Shown here in pieces: positions 35,340 to 49,650 of a DNA stretch of 64,000 nt. This stretch comes from Octopus vulgaris. Lineage: Eukaryota. Made by a program: the position numbers and the translations under genes. The notes under the pieces are model-generated. The model was given only the letters and a program-made list of their open reading frames with translations, did no database searches and was not told the DNA's origin. Position 1 is the first letter of the stretch; each line of letters starts with the position of its first letter. The stretch lies in NCBI GenBank assembly GCA_951406725.2, contig OX597820.1, positions 108,996,001-109,060,000 on the forward strand, written 5' to 3'.

Positions 35340-37195
35340 GTAGAATGTGGAAGAGTTAGTTCATGGTTTACTTTATCAATGCTTTCATTCTGAGGTGCTA
35401 AAATAGCTCTCTCTGCAAACCATGCTATGTTTTTGAAGTTGTCTTGCAATGTGAGAAATACCTTTCCTTTAAGCTCAGCCAATGTAGACACCATGTGCCC
35501 ACATTGCAGTACCTGCTGCTGCAGGGTGTTATTCAACAGTAAGGTGCCATTTCCAATTTTTAGAAGTTGATGAGAGAATTTCTCAGCTAAGAGGTCGTTG
35601 GAGTGATGAGCTCGCATATTCTTGCTTAATAAAAACTGACAAACTTCCACAGAGGTGAGGACTTCAGACATGCTTAGATCTCATCAGCTTGCATACCCCA
35701 TGGTATGACTGGTAATATCAGAAATCCCCTGCATGGACAACAGTTAAGTCCGCCCCCCATAATGGCAGTATTGTTTCTAATATCCCTTAGTGACCTATCT
35801 AGAGTTTCTAGTGCACCACAGTATGCCATCATGCATTCATCCCAGACAATAAGTGTAGTTTGGAGCAAAACTTCCGCAGTCAGTGATTGTTTTGAAATAC
35901 TGCACATGTGGGCATCCGTTGAAGTCAAATTGAAAGGTAATTTGAATGTTGAGTGAGCTGTTCGTCCACCTGTTAACAAAGTTGCCACTATCCCTAATGA
36001 TGCAACTGCAATCACTATGTTTCCCATCTGCCTTATTTTTGCCAGAAGCAGGTTAAGTAGAAATGTTTTCCCCATTCCTCCTGGTGCATCAGTGAAGAAA
36101 AGACGTCCTTCTCCCTGCAAGGTAGACACTACTATTTCATTGTAAACAGACCGTTTCTCAGCTTTCAATAATGGTTCACTTTCATCAAGTTGCCTTTTTA
36201 GGGCATCCAAGTCATATGCTCTTTCTTGAATTACTTCTCTTGAAAGGCCATGATGTTCAGCTGAAGTTGTTGGAATGCCATAGTCGGATAAGTTTTTGCC
36301 CCCAGTGGAACTAAGCATGTCTCCTAAATGCCGTAACGCTTCAGTGTATATAACATCCGAGTAGGAGACACTTGGCCCATGCATCCATCAAGTTTCATGA
36401 AGGATGTCATCAGATAGGCTGTCTTTATGGTTTTCCCAAAGTTGTAGTGGATTCAGTAAATCACAATGGTACATGATGGTGAAGAATCTTCTTAGTTGGT
36501 AAGCTGTGCTGCATCAGAAAGAGCTAAACTCCAATGACTGCTATCTCCAAGAAGACCTCATAGTTATCAGGCTTGTCGAAATGTTTTGCAAATGAAGGAG
36601 TTTACTATTTTAATGTCTTTGAATGACATCAGTCCAGGAATTTTGTGGAGGAGCATTCAAAGTTTTGGGGATGGACTGTATAAACTTGACCTGTGGATAC
36701 CCTTCGACAGTTACACCAAGTTTTCTCCTCTTCTAATTCTTAACATGGTTATTCCAGGTGTAATTCTTCAGTACATCTGGGTAAAAGATGGTTGTGGCAA
36801 ATACATCACATCTACACAGGTCAAAGAATGCTGTAAGAGTCATCACCTGTGGTGCATATATTTGTCCTCTAACTATTTCGGGATTCAATGGATCAAAATA
36901 AACTCCTTGGCCATTTTGTAAATGAACAGAGGGGTGGACAACTGTGGGATATCTGTCATGGATGGGGAAATGAAGAAGTCTCCAAGTGGCTTTATTACTG
37001 CTTACATAATGGCCCATTAGATATTGGTGTACTTCATTGGCCCTATCAGCATCTGAAAGGCTAAAGACAGCTATGCCAGACCCTTTGTTTATATATTTGC
37101 ATACATACTTGATGGAATGAACAGAACTGCAAAATTCCATATTAATGTGTGTCTTAAAAACTCTGGACTTTGCTGTGGCTGAAGAATGAAATAGA
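35340..37195 (-). mobile_element. Helitron RepHel (PIF1 helicase part), decayed
   Basis: HINMEFCSSVHSIKYVCKYINKG, DAPGGMGKTFL (Walker A), GGRTAHSTFKLP, IVWDECMM, LLKIGNG, AILAPQN. Confidence 0.92.
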
Positions 37196-37369
37196 ATCCA
37201 CTGTCTCCCAGTTTGTGTCTTTTGTACGTTGGATACCCCACCCACCAATCTGACCTTACGAATTTTTCTTTTCCCCTTTTTTTCATCAGATTCCTATGTT
37301 TTTGATGACGGAGATTCCAAATATGCAAGAAACCACGTTTTCAAAATTTTTAATTACCCCCACCAATTT

Positions 37370-38410
37370 TTAATTATTTACTTTTTTCTAAATTTTTTTT
37401 TCATTCTACATGGAAAAATACTGAGATTAAGAATATGGAGGGGAAAAAAACAAATTTTGATTTCAAATTTTTAATGAAAAACTCCAAAATTGATCCACAC
37501 CCCATCCTGCTGTCAAAGTGAAAATGAACGGTTGTTTTGTCAGTTTCCGCATGTGTAGATTTATAGTGAAAGAGCAAAAGGACCATGGCATGTGAAGCCC
37601 TCCCCACAAAACTCAATATGCTATAAATAACAGCTAAATGTCCATAGAATTTTTGTGCTTGTGGGTGCAACAGTGTGCAACAGTTTCCACAACTTATCCA
37701 AATGAACAGAGAAAGAAGTACACAAAATATATTTGACATACCTGTCATATACGTCGGTATTGTTTTTTGCTTTAAAGGTAAACGATTCTGATAGAAGCAA
37801 TTATTTTGCTGTCACCCCCCCCACACACACACACATGCACATATATACACACAGATACACATGGATTAAGTCCTATTTTGGAAGTATATTAAAGTTTTTA
37901 TTATTTTGGAATGAAGAACACAAACATAGGTGCTGAACAATGACTAAACTTGTAGTATTTTGTTGGGATTAATCCAAAGAATTGAGGGAAAAATAACTGC
38001 TTCTATCAGAATTGTTTACCTTTCAAGCAAAAAAAACAAAACCAATGTATACGACAGGTATGTAAAATATATTTTGTGTACTTCTTCCTCTGTTCATTTG
38101 GATAAACTGTAGAAATTGTTGCGTGCGTGCACCCACAAGCACAAAAGTTCTCTGGACATTTAGCTGTTATTTTTATCATATCAAGTTTTGTGGTGAGGGC
38201 TTCACATGCCGTGGTCCTTTTGCTCATTTACTATAGATCTATGCATGCGGAAACTGACAAAACAGCCGTTCATTTTAGACAGCAGGATTGGGTGTGGATC
38301 AATTTTGGAGTTTTTCATTAAAAATTTGAAACTAAAATTTTTTCCCCCCCATATTCTTAATCTCCATATTTTTCCACCTAGAAAAAAAAAAATTTGAAAA
38401 AAGTGGTTAA
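37370..38410. mobile_element. Foldback element with ~430-bp inverted arms
   Basis: For example taatgaaaaactccaaaattgatccacaccc (left) / gggtgtggatcaattttggagtttttcatta (right); ~190-bp spacer. Confidence 0.85.
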
Positions 38411-39469
38411 TATGATTTTGCCCAGATCCCACGTTTGCAAAATTATAATTTCCCCCCTCCCCACCAAAATTTCCTAATTTTTAACTGTTTTTCGAATTTT
38501 GTTTGTTATCCACATGGAAAAATAGAGATTACGAATGTGGGAAATATAATTTGATTTTGAAAGTTTAATTTTTCTGAAAGAAATACTGAATGTCATTCCC
38601 CCCACCTTGGCCACCCACCAGCTACCCGCTTTGGAGCGAAATGCAAATGTCCTGTATGAAAAACGTAGGAATGTAAGTAAACTGAGGTAAGAAATAAGAA
38701 GTGGGGACTGTAACTGTGTGTGTGAGTGCACTGAAGGAAGTTATTTTTGCATACCTTTCTTAATTCCAATTAATCAGTGGAAGTTGTGACTTGATAGCAT
38801 AAGGTCTCCATACATTATAATCAGAAATTAAAAGAGAGAGATAATGCCTAATTCTGTGCATGCATGAAACATGGAATGAAACTGAAAATGACGTGAAAAT
38901 TTGTACAACACGAACTCATTTCTGGGATTCTCAACGTCCCCTTCTCTTCTGCTTTCCCCCTCTATTTGTGTCAGCTTTTTTCACTTTCAACTATAGAACA
39001 TACATAGGGTATGAAACAGCAGCGTCTGTCTCTCACTCGCTCTCCATCTTTCAACTTCTCCTATAGAAACTTGTTTTCTGTCTCTGTTTCTTTCTCTTGT
39101 CTCTGTCTTTTTCTTATTCCGCATGTGTGTGAGAGAGAGTAAGAGACAGAGAGATAGAGTGAGCGAGTGAAGGTGTATGTCATGATGATGGATGTCATTT
39201 AAAGTACACACTTATATAGAAAATGTGATGTCATCGTTGTATAAAATGTTTACAATAGTTGACTTATGGAAAACATAATGTTAAAGTTTTGTAATGCAAA
39301 TATGTCAATGTAAAAAATAAAGTTTAATTGGTAGCCGAAATAGTACTGAATCTGATACTCCATACGCCAAAATTGGCACCTCAGTTTTGGAATGCATAAG
39401 GAACACACACACAAACTCTCTTTTATAGTCATAGATATCTGGTAAGACACTATCAAGTGGACTTGAAGG

Positions 39470-40750
39470 CAGTAGTGTAAAAAGGAACAGTAATGGAATT
39501 ACACTGGACATTAAACCTGATCTTTTAAAAAGACTTGATGCAGAAGTAAAAGTAAGTTATATTGCCAAATCATTAAATCTTGTAGCTTCTACAGTAGGAA
39601 CAATGTATAACAACAGAGAGAAAATTATGTCAAGTGTTCAAGAAGCCAACCCATTAACTGTGTGGAACTATTTTTCCATAGATCTAATGTAATGCTTAAA
39701 ATGGAACAATGCTTGACTATATAGGCTGAGGAATACAATCAGCATAACGTGCAGATAAAGACAATGGTAATTCAAAAAAGAGTATAAAATGTTTATAATA
39801 CAACCTCCCCCCCCCCCCCAAGAAAAAAACAGTGAAACTTCTAATGAAAAGCCCTCTTTGACTAGTTTGAAAGATTTAAGAAACATATGAAGTTGTACAA
39901 CATAAAAAATAACTTCTGAAACTGTGAATGCTGATACAGAGGTTGCTATTAATTATCTTAAGCAGTTGAAGAAAATGATTCCTGAAGTGTGATACACACC
40001 AGAGAAAGTATACAATATTGATGAGACTGAACTTTTCTGGAAGCACATGCCTAAATCAATAACAGGCTTTAAAGCTTCTAAAACTTATCTGACATTTCTT
40101 TTGGGAGGAAATGCTGCTGGTGATATGAAATAAAAATCCCTACATGTGTATCACTCTGAAAATCTAAGGGTTGCACAAAGTTTAATCCACCTCAGATTTG
40201 GCATTCAAATAAGAAGACATGGATGACTAAGAGCCTTTTCAAAGAGTGGTTAACAAACATTTTTTGTCCTGCAGTAGAAAAAAGTACAGTGCCAGAGATA
40301 TGTCCAACAAAGCATTACTTCTTTTAGACCATGCACTGAGCCACCCAGTAAACTAAGATGACCTTTCTGTGAGTTTAGAATATTGTCAAGAACAACTTCT
40401 TTGCTTCAGCTAATGGATTAAGGTGTGGTAGTTAAACTCAAGGCATATCATATGAGTTGCTAGTGTTCCAGAGAGAAAGTTTATCTAATGAAGAGCTGAT
40501 GCTGTTAGAAAAAGAACTGAAAATACAGATGAGACAATGGAAGTTCTACATACACCACTTGAATTGACTACAAAAATTATTGCTAAAGGGTCGGTGCTTA
40601 TAGAGGAAGGTCTGCAGGATTTTGCTGATAATGATCCTTATTATGAACTTAATGTAAAAATTAGAAGAGGAATTTACAATGAGTTCAGTTCCTATATTGA
40701 GTTGTACAAAGGAAGATACATCATAAATAACAAACAACTTTGGATAAGTT
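39470..40750 (+). mobile_element. Tigger/pogo (CENP-B HTH + DDE_1) transposase, decayed
   Basis: VYNIDETELFWKHMP, LTFLLGGNAAGDMK, WHSNKKTWMT, LLLLDHALSHP, TTSLLQLMD*GV. Confidence 0.85.
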
Positions 40751-40779
40751 CTTCACCCTTTTTTATATCCTTCTATATA

Positions 40780-43700
40780 GTAGATATACAGATTTCACAA
40801 AGCAAGAATAGACACAACTGTCTTTACATGACATACTTCTAATTACTTCACTAAACTCGATGTTTCAATAAATACAAATCTCAACAACTTCCACAAACTT
40901 TCGACAACTTCTTTGACTTCTGCTGTCTCAGTGACTCCTTCAACTTCTGATATCTCAACCAATATGCTATTCTTCCAATCCCACAGGGGTGTCAATGACT
41001 TTTGCCACAATATCTCCCCCTTTGAGGTTTACTTCCTAGGGAAGTTTAATATTTCTTCTGTTTAGGCACTACTTCCAACTGTTCTGTTTCTTGAGCTGCT
41101 ATGCTTAGGTTCGGCTTCATGAGGTGTTGGAACATCAAAGGTGTCTAAGAACACTTCCATGGGTATCTCTTTTCTTTTCCCCATATATTTATTTTTTAAC
41201 TGGTTTAAATGTCTTTTATGTCCCCATTTTTCACCTCTTTTCACATAAACCATTTTGCCTAATTGTTTTTTTTACTACTCTTTCTTCCCAACCTTCTCTT
41301 CCATTTTATATATTTTGGAAAACACTTTATCATCGATATTAAAATATTTTGTTGTATTTTTTGAGTTTTCCCTATTTGTTTTCTTACAGGTAACAACTTA
41401 TAAAAAATTAACTATATTTTTCAAGCAAACATTAGTTCTGTGGTCAACTTGCCTGAACTCTCAAGAATTGTGTCAATGCTGCATCATCGACTAGTTCTTT
41501 TCTTGATTTCTTTAATGCTCTTTTAAATGTATCTATGAACCATTCCACCTGCCTGTTTGATCTTGGGTGGTATGGTGGATTACAGATGTGTTCAGTTGTG
41601 TATGTTTAGCAAAAATTTTAAAACTCATATGCCATAAACTGCATACTGTTATCAGATATTATGGTGTCCGGGACACCATATCTTGCAAAGAGTTCAAGAA
41701 GAAATTCTATTGTTACTATAAAGGTTGGTTTCTTACATCTACATATTTCTAGGCACTTAGTATAAAACTATCTACTACAACCATTTACTGGTCCAGCAAA
41801 ATCTATAGGAAGCCTGGTCCATGGACTGTCAGTTTTAGGCCACAGTTAGAATTTTACTGGTGGTGACTTGGCTGCAAGGGCACAACTGTTGCAGGATTTC
41901 ACTGACTCTTCAATGTCACAGTCCATTGTAGGCCAATATGCGTAACTTCTCATTAGTGATTTCATTCTTGAAATCTCTGGGTGACCAATATGAAATTTCT
42001 TTAATAACTACTTTTGTAGTGCAGCTGGCACTATGACATCAGTACATTGTCACAGTGAGAAATGGTTCATATTTGTGATGCACATATTTTCTTTAGCCTT
42101 CAGTATTTCTTTCATTTTTATAATGAATTTATCATTCTCTGATTTTTATTTTATGTCTGATAATGTAACTGGCAGTTCATGAATGACGTTACACAAAACA
42201 TTTTTAATTTTATTTTCCACTCGCAAAGTGGCAATTACAGTATCTTCAAATGGTTCTGCATTTTTCAGAATCAGTCTTGATAGACAATCTGCATGGCCTA
42301 ATTCCTTGGATGGTCTATACTCTATCTTGAAATTGTAGTTTTAGTAATATCGTAGCCCAGCATTGTAACCTATTAGCAGTATAGGTAAGAATTCTTTTTT
42401 TTTCAACCCAAATATCGATAATAACAGTCAGTGATCAGTCTATAGCCATAAACTTCTACTTTGCAAAAATCTGTGAAATTTTTCATGGCAAAAATGATCG
42501 CTACTGCTTCTTGTTCAATTTGACTATAATTTTTCTCTGCTGCTATCAGAGGACTTGAGGTGTGAACTACCACCTTCATGTTACCATCTTTGTATTTATG
42601 TAGCATTACTGCTCCTATACTATAATCTGAAGTGTCTGAAGCTACAACAATCTCTGCTACAGGATCAAAGTGAGCTAAATGATAAATCAGATATTAATAC
42701 TTTTTTTAATTTTGTTAAATGCCTTTTGGCAATTTTCTAACCAATTCTATTTCATATCTTTTTCAGTAAATTATTCAGTGGAGCCCTAATCTTATGCATA
42801 TTTGGGAAATAATTTTGGTAATAATTTACCAGTTCTGAAAATGCTTGTAAGTTCACTATATTAGTCAGAAGTGGCATATTGCATCTGTCCTCAGTAGGTC
42901 AGGTTATCATCCATTTCTGTCAATAATTTGCACTAAGTATCTTATTTCTGGTAAGAAAACTTCACACTTTTTTTCACTCAAGGTAAAGCTATAATCCTTA
43001 ATTTTTTCAAATACATTTTTTACATGCTCTACATGTCGATCCTTAGATTCACTTTTAATGAGTATATCATCCAGATATGGAATTGCAAATTCACCATCTG
43101 CTCACATTGCATCCATAATCTGTTCGAAAAATTGCTGGTGCAACTTTTAAACCAAATGGTAATCTGTTGTACTTATACAGTCCTTTATGCATGTTAACTG
43201 TTAGGTATTTTGAGCATTCATCATCTACTCTAATTTGTAGATATGCATCAGAGAGATCCAATTTAGAAAATATCTTTTGACCATTTAATTTTGCAAAAAT
43301 ATCTTCCAGAGTAGGTAGTGGATAGTAGCATGTTTTAAGACATTTGATTAAACCAGTGGATAAATTAGCACACTCTCTGATTTTATTATTCTTTTTCTGC
43401 TCATTTAGAATAATCCACTTTTTGGATAATTCCAATTTCTTCTAGTCTCTCTAGTTCTTTATTGACTTGCTTCATTGCTGCAAAGGGTACCATTTGTTTT
43501 GGCTTAAATACTAGTATAGTGTTTTTCTTTATATGAAAACATACCTTTGTCTTGGTACACAGACCTAATTTATAGGACAGAACTTTAAAAAAAATATTTT
43601 TTTACTTTTTACTCTAACAACTTATTTTTACTAGACGAAAAAACCATTTATATTTTTAATGAACAGATTTATACGGAGGTCCCATAAATTAAACAATTCC

Positions 43701-44430
43701 ATCCAGTCAGTACTGAACAAGTTTGCTGCATTATTTAACACAAAATCTTTTGCTTTAAATGTTTTACCCCAAAATGTAACCACAGTTATCATTTTATCCC
43801 CAAAATGTAATTGTTTTCCTGAGACACCTTTGCAATTTTTTAAATTTCCATTAATGTAGGCTTTCCTATTTTTTCCTTGTGTCAGTGTTAATAATTGTAA
43901 TGTCACTGCCTGTATGTAGCTGTAGTTTCACATTCACATTATTAATTTTTATGTACACAAACTTTCTTTTGTGAGTCTCACCTAGATTTTCTGTTGAGAA
44001 AACCTTTCCAGAATTTATCCCTTTCAACCTTTTCTTTATTCTGCAATGTGAGCTTTTATGTTCGATTTTTTGGCAGTAAAAACATTTAAAATTTTTAAAC
44101 AGACAGTTATTTTTAAAATGTAGACCTCCACACCTATAACATGGATTGTGTCTTGATCTTTGTTTTTCTTTTTCCTTATCTGTTACAAGTCGACACACAT
44201 GTATGTGAAAGTAATCCCTTTCTTCGATTTTATTTGTGTCATGTCGTAGATTAATAATTCTCTGACATCCCTCTGCAGAGTCAAATTCTGATCCTGTTCT
44301 AATTTTGCCAATATCCAGACACATCTCTCTGCATCTTTACTTGCAGTTAAACCTTGAACAAAAATTAGACATTTGAACATGTCTGGGGTTAATATATTTA
44401 GTTTGAATTTTTTGCATGTAATTTTTCTTC
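40780..44430 (-). mobile_element. Ty3/Gypsy retrotransposon, decayed (gag CCHC, PR, RT, RH, IN, 3' LTR part)
   Basis: CYRCGGLH, QLHTGSD, YPLPTLEDIF..FSKLDLSDAYLQ..RLPFG, YLDD, NYSQIEQEA, GHPEISRMK; purine tract aaagggggag before TGTGG at ~41009. Confidence 0.9.
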
Positions 44431-45689
44431 CTGATTATATTGTTGTAGAGCACTGTTGTAACATAAAACTATTATACAAACTACCAATCTTCTTTCCAAC
44501 ACATAGATAAAAATAAAGCTACTAAGTTGGTTTCACATGTATGGGATCTGAAGACCAACTGCACACCACATATAATCAGGTGAAGAATCGTGGAGACATT
44601 TATGTCACATATAAATGGATCAAAGAGATGTAAGTCATGTGTAGCTGAAATATCATACATTCTTTTTAGTTCCAAGCATTTCACCACACTACTTTAATTC
44701 CAGATCCAATATTTTTAACAAAGCACAGGGACAAGTTCCTTTTGTTGAACTGGTGGACACCATCCTTTCCAGGTTAAGTAGATATCTTGCAGACTTTTGG
44801 CTCATTGTTGCTGGGCAATTTTCACAATAGAATGTCTTTATTTCAATTTTTTAATTCCATATCAAACCATGGATAGGTCTTTCAATCAGGACAGATTTCT
44901 GTATTATTTGGGGCAATTTATAAGGTATTGATAAACTAAATTTTTGTTTTTCCATTTGGTACATAGATGTAAAAAAATTTTTTTTAGCTTGCTGCCATGA
45001 GGATCTTTCAACTCTGTTACCCTACTGAAATTCCTTACACACATGCATAACACACACGTGTGCACACATGCATGCACACATGCATGCACACACACACAAA
45101 CATACATACACTTAGCATGGGTGATATATGTATAGAGAAAGAGCGAGAAAGTATGGTAAATATATATTTAAAGGGGGAAATTTAAAATCTGAAAAGCATA
45201 AATGACAGATAGATTTCATAGGGTGAGAGAAATATTTTCTGTTGCTGTCACAGATTTTGAAATTTTAAAATTAAGTGAAAATTTGCAAATTTAGTATATT
45301 GATATACTTTATCATGCTGAATTCAATTTTGGTATTCATTTAATTCAGAAAAATTGCAGAAAAATGTTTAAAGTTTGATCATTTTTAACCCAGTCAGAAA
45401 ATAGGATTTGGAAACTAGCATTTTCTGAATGACAGCGTCTGTCACAAAATGAAAGTAAAAATACAAGGACGAAGTTTTAAATAAAACGAAAGTAATTACA
45501 TGACATATCAAGAGAGAGGAGGGGGAGTCGCATGCACGAGAGATAAACACAGAGAGACAGAAAGCGATAATGAGTGCGATAAATACAAAAGTTGAAAACA
45601 GATGTATGAACAACAAGCAAATGTATTAGTTTGGCAGGAAAAATGAAAATTCTTTTACATTTTGAGCCTACGCTCTATATACATAGCAA

Positions 45690-46420
45690 AGTCCTGTGCC
45701 TTAAGAAGGAGCTCCCTTGATATAGATGGGTAAAAGTCCACTATATTGAATTAGGTAAATGTAGCTCTCCCCACTTCCACTATTAGTTTTAAACCATGTT
45801 ATGACCTTGCTGGTGTTATACCATAGGGCAAGACTAGAAGCATTTCTAACACTGTTATTAATCTTCCTAATGAGCTGTTTGCTCACCTGTCTGATCTTAG
45901 ACTTTGCAGAGTTTATTAGCCTACACTTGGGGTTAGAGGCAAAGTTTGGTTTATGATCCTTGATCATAATGCAAGCTTCTTTCTTCACAAGTGTCTCTAC
46001 CCTATCCTTTACACCTAGTTTAATTGCCTCATAGTTAATGTTATCATAAGCTTGAGGGGCTGCTCTCTTGTAAGTTTGTGTAATGCTGTTGTTATGTAGC
46101 TAGTCATATGTCTTGTTACTTACTCTATATAGATTTTTAGTCTTATCAGAGAATAGAAGGGTCCTATCAGAAGATCTAAGAAGATGTCTTGCTTTAAGTT
46201 CATATTGGAAAGCATTAGAGGATTTACAGAATTTGAGGTAGGGTATTATGCTTAAAAGGTCATTCTCAAAGGATCCAGTTCCTTGATCTTAGGTGGAAAC
46301 TTTCTGGATTTCAACCCAAAGTGTTCAGTCTCTGCAGGTGGTTTAGGCTAGTTGAAGTAAAAGGCCTTCCATCTCATTTGCCTGATCAAGTCAATTATCT
46401 TTAGGGATGTTGTCCAAAAT
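45690..46420 (-). mobile_element. Penelope-like element fragment
   Basis: IRQMRWKAF, SDKTKNLY, IMIKDHKPNFASNPKCRLINSAKS..VSKQL, LWYNTSKVITWF. Confidence 0.8.
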
Positions 46421-47275
46421 GTAGGAACACGCAGTGATATGGCAGATTTGGTGTGTGTTGATAATGTCGGAGACAGTTCAAAAGACATCTTGGCATTGCG
46501 GATCCTAGTTAATGATGCCAGAAGATGAAGCTGCGAAATGTTCTTTGAATGTTCAGTGTTGACTGCTATTTCTTGCGTTGGTGGTCACCAGTTGTACAGA
46601 AAGGAATACTGGAGTCTGTTGAGATTTTGATAAACAACAATTTATTCTTATACAACAAATGACAAAACATTGAGAGTTTTTGTTCTTGGTGTAGTTGTAG
46701 CAGCAAATAAAGTGTGGTTAGTTGCTTGTCAGTTACTGACTTCTAGAGTCATTTGTTCTCTGACTGTTTATTGCCTTTGTGTTGTCACCATCTCTGTTGG
46801 TCAACTCCTACAGTGCCTGTCAATGCTTTCCCTGTTGCATCCCAAAGCTCTCTATCTAGTGTTCATGAGGTGCTGAATTTATACTGGTTGATAGGCTCAG
46901 AAGGAAGTGTGTCAAAAGAAGAAAATCATCGCTGGAGGCTATTCAATGCAAAGTTGTGATTGGTCAGATTTTGTTGGTCATGTGGCAATATTCTAGCGAA
47001 TTGTGATGTTGAGCAATTGCTGAATATTTCTGCTACACATATGTGCAGAGGGAGGTGTTTGTAGCAACTGGGATCATATAATACATTATAATGTTTCTCT
47101 TGTTCTCTCTCTCTCTTGCCCCCTTTCTTTTTCTTTTTGTCAGTGAGAATATTTCTTTTTATAAACATGAGGAGAGAGAAAGTGTTTATGTCAATCAGGT
47201 TCAATCAATAAATTGTAATGTCTATCTTTGTCTGTCTGTCTCACTCTCTCCATCTGTGCATACGTGTGATTTGTA

Positions 47276-48554
47276 TTGGGTTGTCCGGAAAGTTCGTGCC
47301 GATTTATAGTAGCTTACATTTCGACTTATTTTAGAGCATGGTTGAGTCCATAAAATAGGATTTGACTACTCCTCCATTTAGAGCACAGTTTAAGCTATCA
47401 TTTCTTCGAAGAAGATTTATGTTCCTATAACCTGTGTTAATTCTGTGACCCTTTAAAATGGAAGATGAGAAAGTTCATTTTCGGCACTTGATGCTTTTCT
47501 TTTTCCATAAAGGGAAAAATGCGTCACAAGAAACCAAAGAAATATACGCAGTTTACGGTTATGTTACTTTATCTGAAAGAAGTGTATGGAATAGGTTCGC
47601 AAGGTTCCGAGCTGGAGATTGTAGCCTTATTGATAAAGAGTGATCAGGCAGACCACCTACTACAGATAATGACCAAATCAAGTCATTGAGAATAACCCAC
47701 ATTGCACAACCCGAAAATTGGCAGAAAGCCTCAACCTATCAAAATCCGTCGTTCATGAACACCTGGTAAATTTGGGTACACAAATCACTTTGAATTTTGG
47801 GTACCACATGTGTTGAGTGAGAAGAACCTTTTGGATCGCATTTCCATCCATGATTTGCTTTATATATGGAATGAAAACACGCCTTTTTTAAAGCAAATTG
47901 TGACAGGTGATGAGAAATGGATTATCTACCAAAATGTTCAGAGAAAGCAATCCTGAAGTAAGTGACATGAGCCACCCTTGGCCACCCCAAAAGCGGGTCT
48001 TCACTCTAAAAAAGTCTTGCTTTGTGTCTGGTGGGATTGGAAAGGAATTCTGTACTATGAGCTTCTCCCAAGTAACCAGACAATCAATTCTGAGAAATAC
48101 TGCACACAACTGAATGGGTTAAAAGCACCAATTCATGAGAAACGTCCAGAATTGGCCAACAGGAAGGGTGTTGTTTTCCAATATAATAATGCAAGACTGC
48201 ACGTTCCTTTGGGAACCAGACAAAAATTGCTGCAGCTCGGCTGGGATGTGTTACCTCACCCTCCATATTCACCAGATATTGCTCCTTCGGATTTCCATTT
48301 ATTCAGGTCTCTGCTGAATAGTCTTAATGGTAAAAATTTCAATTCCTTGGATGACGTAAAAAGTTACCTTAATGAATTCTTTGCCATGAAACCACCTCAA
48401 TTCTGGGAAGAGGGCATTTTCAAGTTAAAGGAAAGATGGAGATGCATTGTGCAACAAAATAGTTCATATTTGGTTGATTAAAAATATAATGGCAAGTATT
48501 TATTGACCTTTTTCTTTCTTTTAAAAATCGGCACGAACTTTCCAGACAACCCAA
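47276..48554 (+). mobile_element. Full-length mariner (DD34D) transposon, defective
   Basis: TIRs ttgggttgtccggaaagttcgtgccgattt / aaatcggcacgaactttccagacaacccaa, TA TSDs, 1279 bp; TGDEKW, WVPH, HPPYSPDIAPSDFHLF; stops and frameshifts. Confidence 0.96.
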
Positions 48555-48696
48555 TACATTTACTTATATGATTCTTTTTTCACTTCTTTGATACGTATAG
48601 TTCAGGCTATACTTTGTTGATGAAGTTGTAATAGACACTCATCCAGAGTTGTTGCCTGTACTTGTTGCCCCCAAATAAAAATTTTAATAGTTAGGT

Positions 48697-49144
48697 AATT
48701 GTTCAGTTTAGAGATATTAAAAAAGTAAATAAAAATAAAAATTAAGGGGGAGATAACTAGTAAAGCGACATAAATACGTCACCTCACTGTTAAACAACTG
48801 GATATTATTTACTTTGGAATTGATCAGAATGGCACGTGGAGGACCAGCGGGACTGCAATTCACTGTTCCTGAAATTCAAATCGTCAACTGTGAATTAATA
48901 TTGGAATATCACCCAATTAGCCGAATCACGAGACAACATTTTTCAGTGGTTGGCACAGCGTCGACTAATTATGAATTTATACACGTGCGAAAATTCTAAT
49001 TCGCCATGTTACCTTACTGCAGTATTTGTTGTTTAACAGTAAGTTGAGAAAAAGAAAGAAAAACAAAAAAGTTGACTTGCTATTTACTAGTTATCTCCCC
49101 CTCAATTTTTATTTACTTTTTAATATCCCTAAACTGAACAATTA
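48697..49144. mobile_element. MITE-like inverted repeat ~300 bp upstream of the KAT8 start codon
   Basis: taattgttcagtttag...gggagataactagtaaa / tttactagttatctccc...ctaaactgaacaatta; inner IR ctgttaaacaac / gttgtttaacag. Confidence 0.8.
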
Positions 49145-49451
49145 TCAATAGATTGACTGTTACTGTGCTTTCCTTGACGCATATTTATTTCTAGTTGTAT
49201 TTTTAATATGACCTGCATTAAATATGTTAACAACTAAAACTCTCAGCAAAACCATACATCTACGCTTAAAGAATTATTTTTTAAAGAATTAATTAAAATA
49301 AAATAATTAGTCTAATCATTCAGTTTAATTGTTTCAATAAAAAAATTTTAGAGCATAAAATTTTCAAGAAAATCTTTATTTTAGATTCGAAATTTAGGAA
49401 ACAGATTACGAAACGTTGGCTTATAATTTAATAATAAATTGTAACTTAGAA

Positions 49452-49650
49452 ATGGCGGACTGCGACAAGAAAACTCTTTCCATGTCAGATTCAAGTTCAC
49501 AGAGTACAGTCCTGAGTGGCTCTGAAAATACGGTTATTATGCAGGAGCATCCACCCAAAGAAGAGGATAAAAAAGAAGAAAACAATGAATCTGAAGTCTA
49601 TCCTGGAATTGGAGATTATTATCTTGTTATGCGTCCAGACAATACATGGC
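49452..49650 (+). CDS. KAT8: Histone acetyltransferase KAT8/MOF, coding exon 1
   Basis: aaATGG Kozak; MADCDKK...IGDYYLVMRPDNTW, start of chromobarrel domain; C|gtacgg donor, phase 1. Confidence 0.9.

Noticed and set aside
35674-36384. Cellular PIF1 helicase gene
   Set aside because: Intronless, frameshifted and contiguous with Helitron Rep motifs.
47978-48481. SETMAR-like host gene
   Set aside because: Bounded by TIRs and TA TSDs, no SET domain, with stops and a mutated catalytic motif: a dead mariner.
48613-48655. Candidate first exon making a head-to-head pair with KAT8
   Set aside because: Weak acceptor; a much better start exon exists at 29646-29674.
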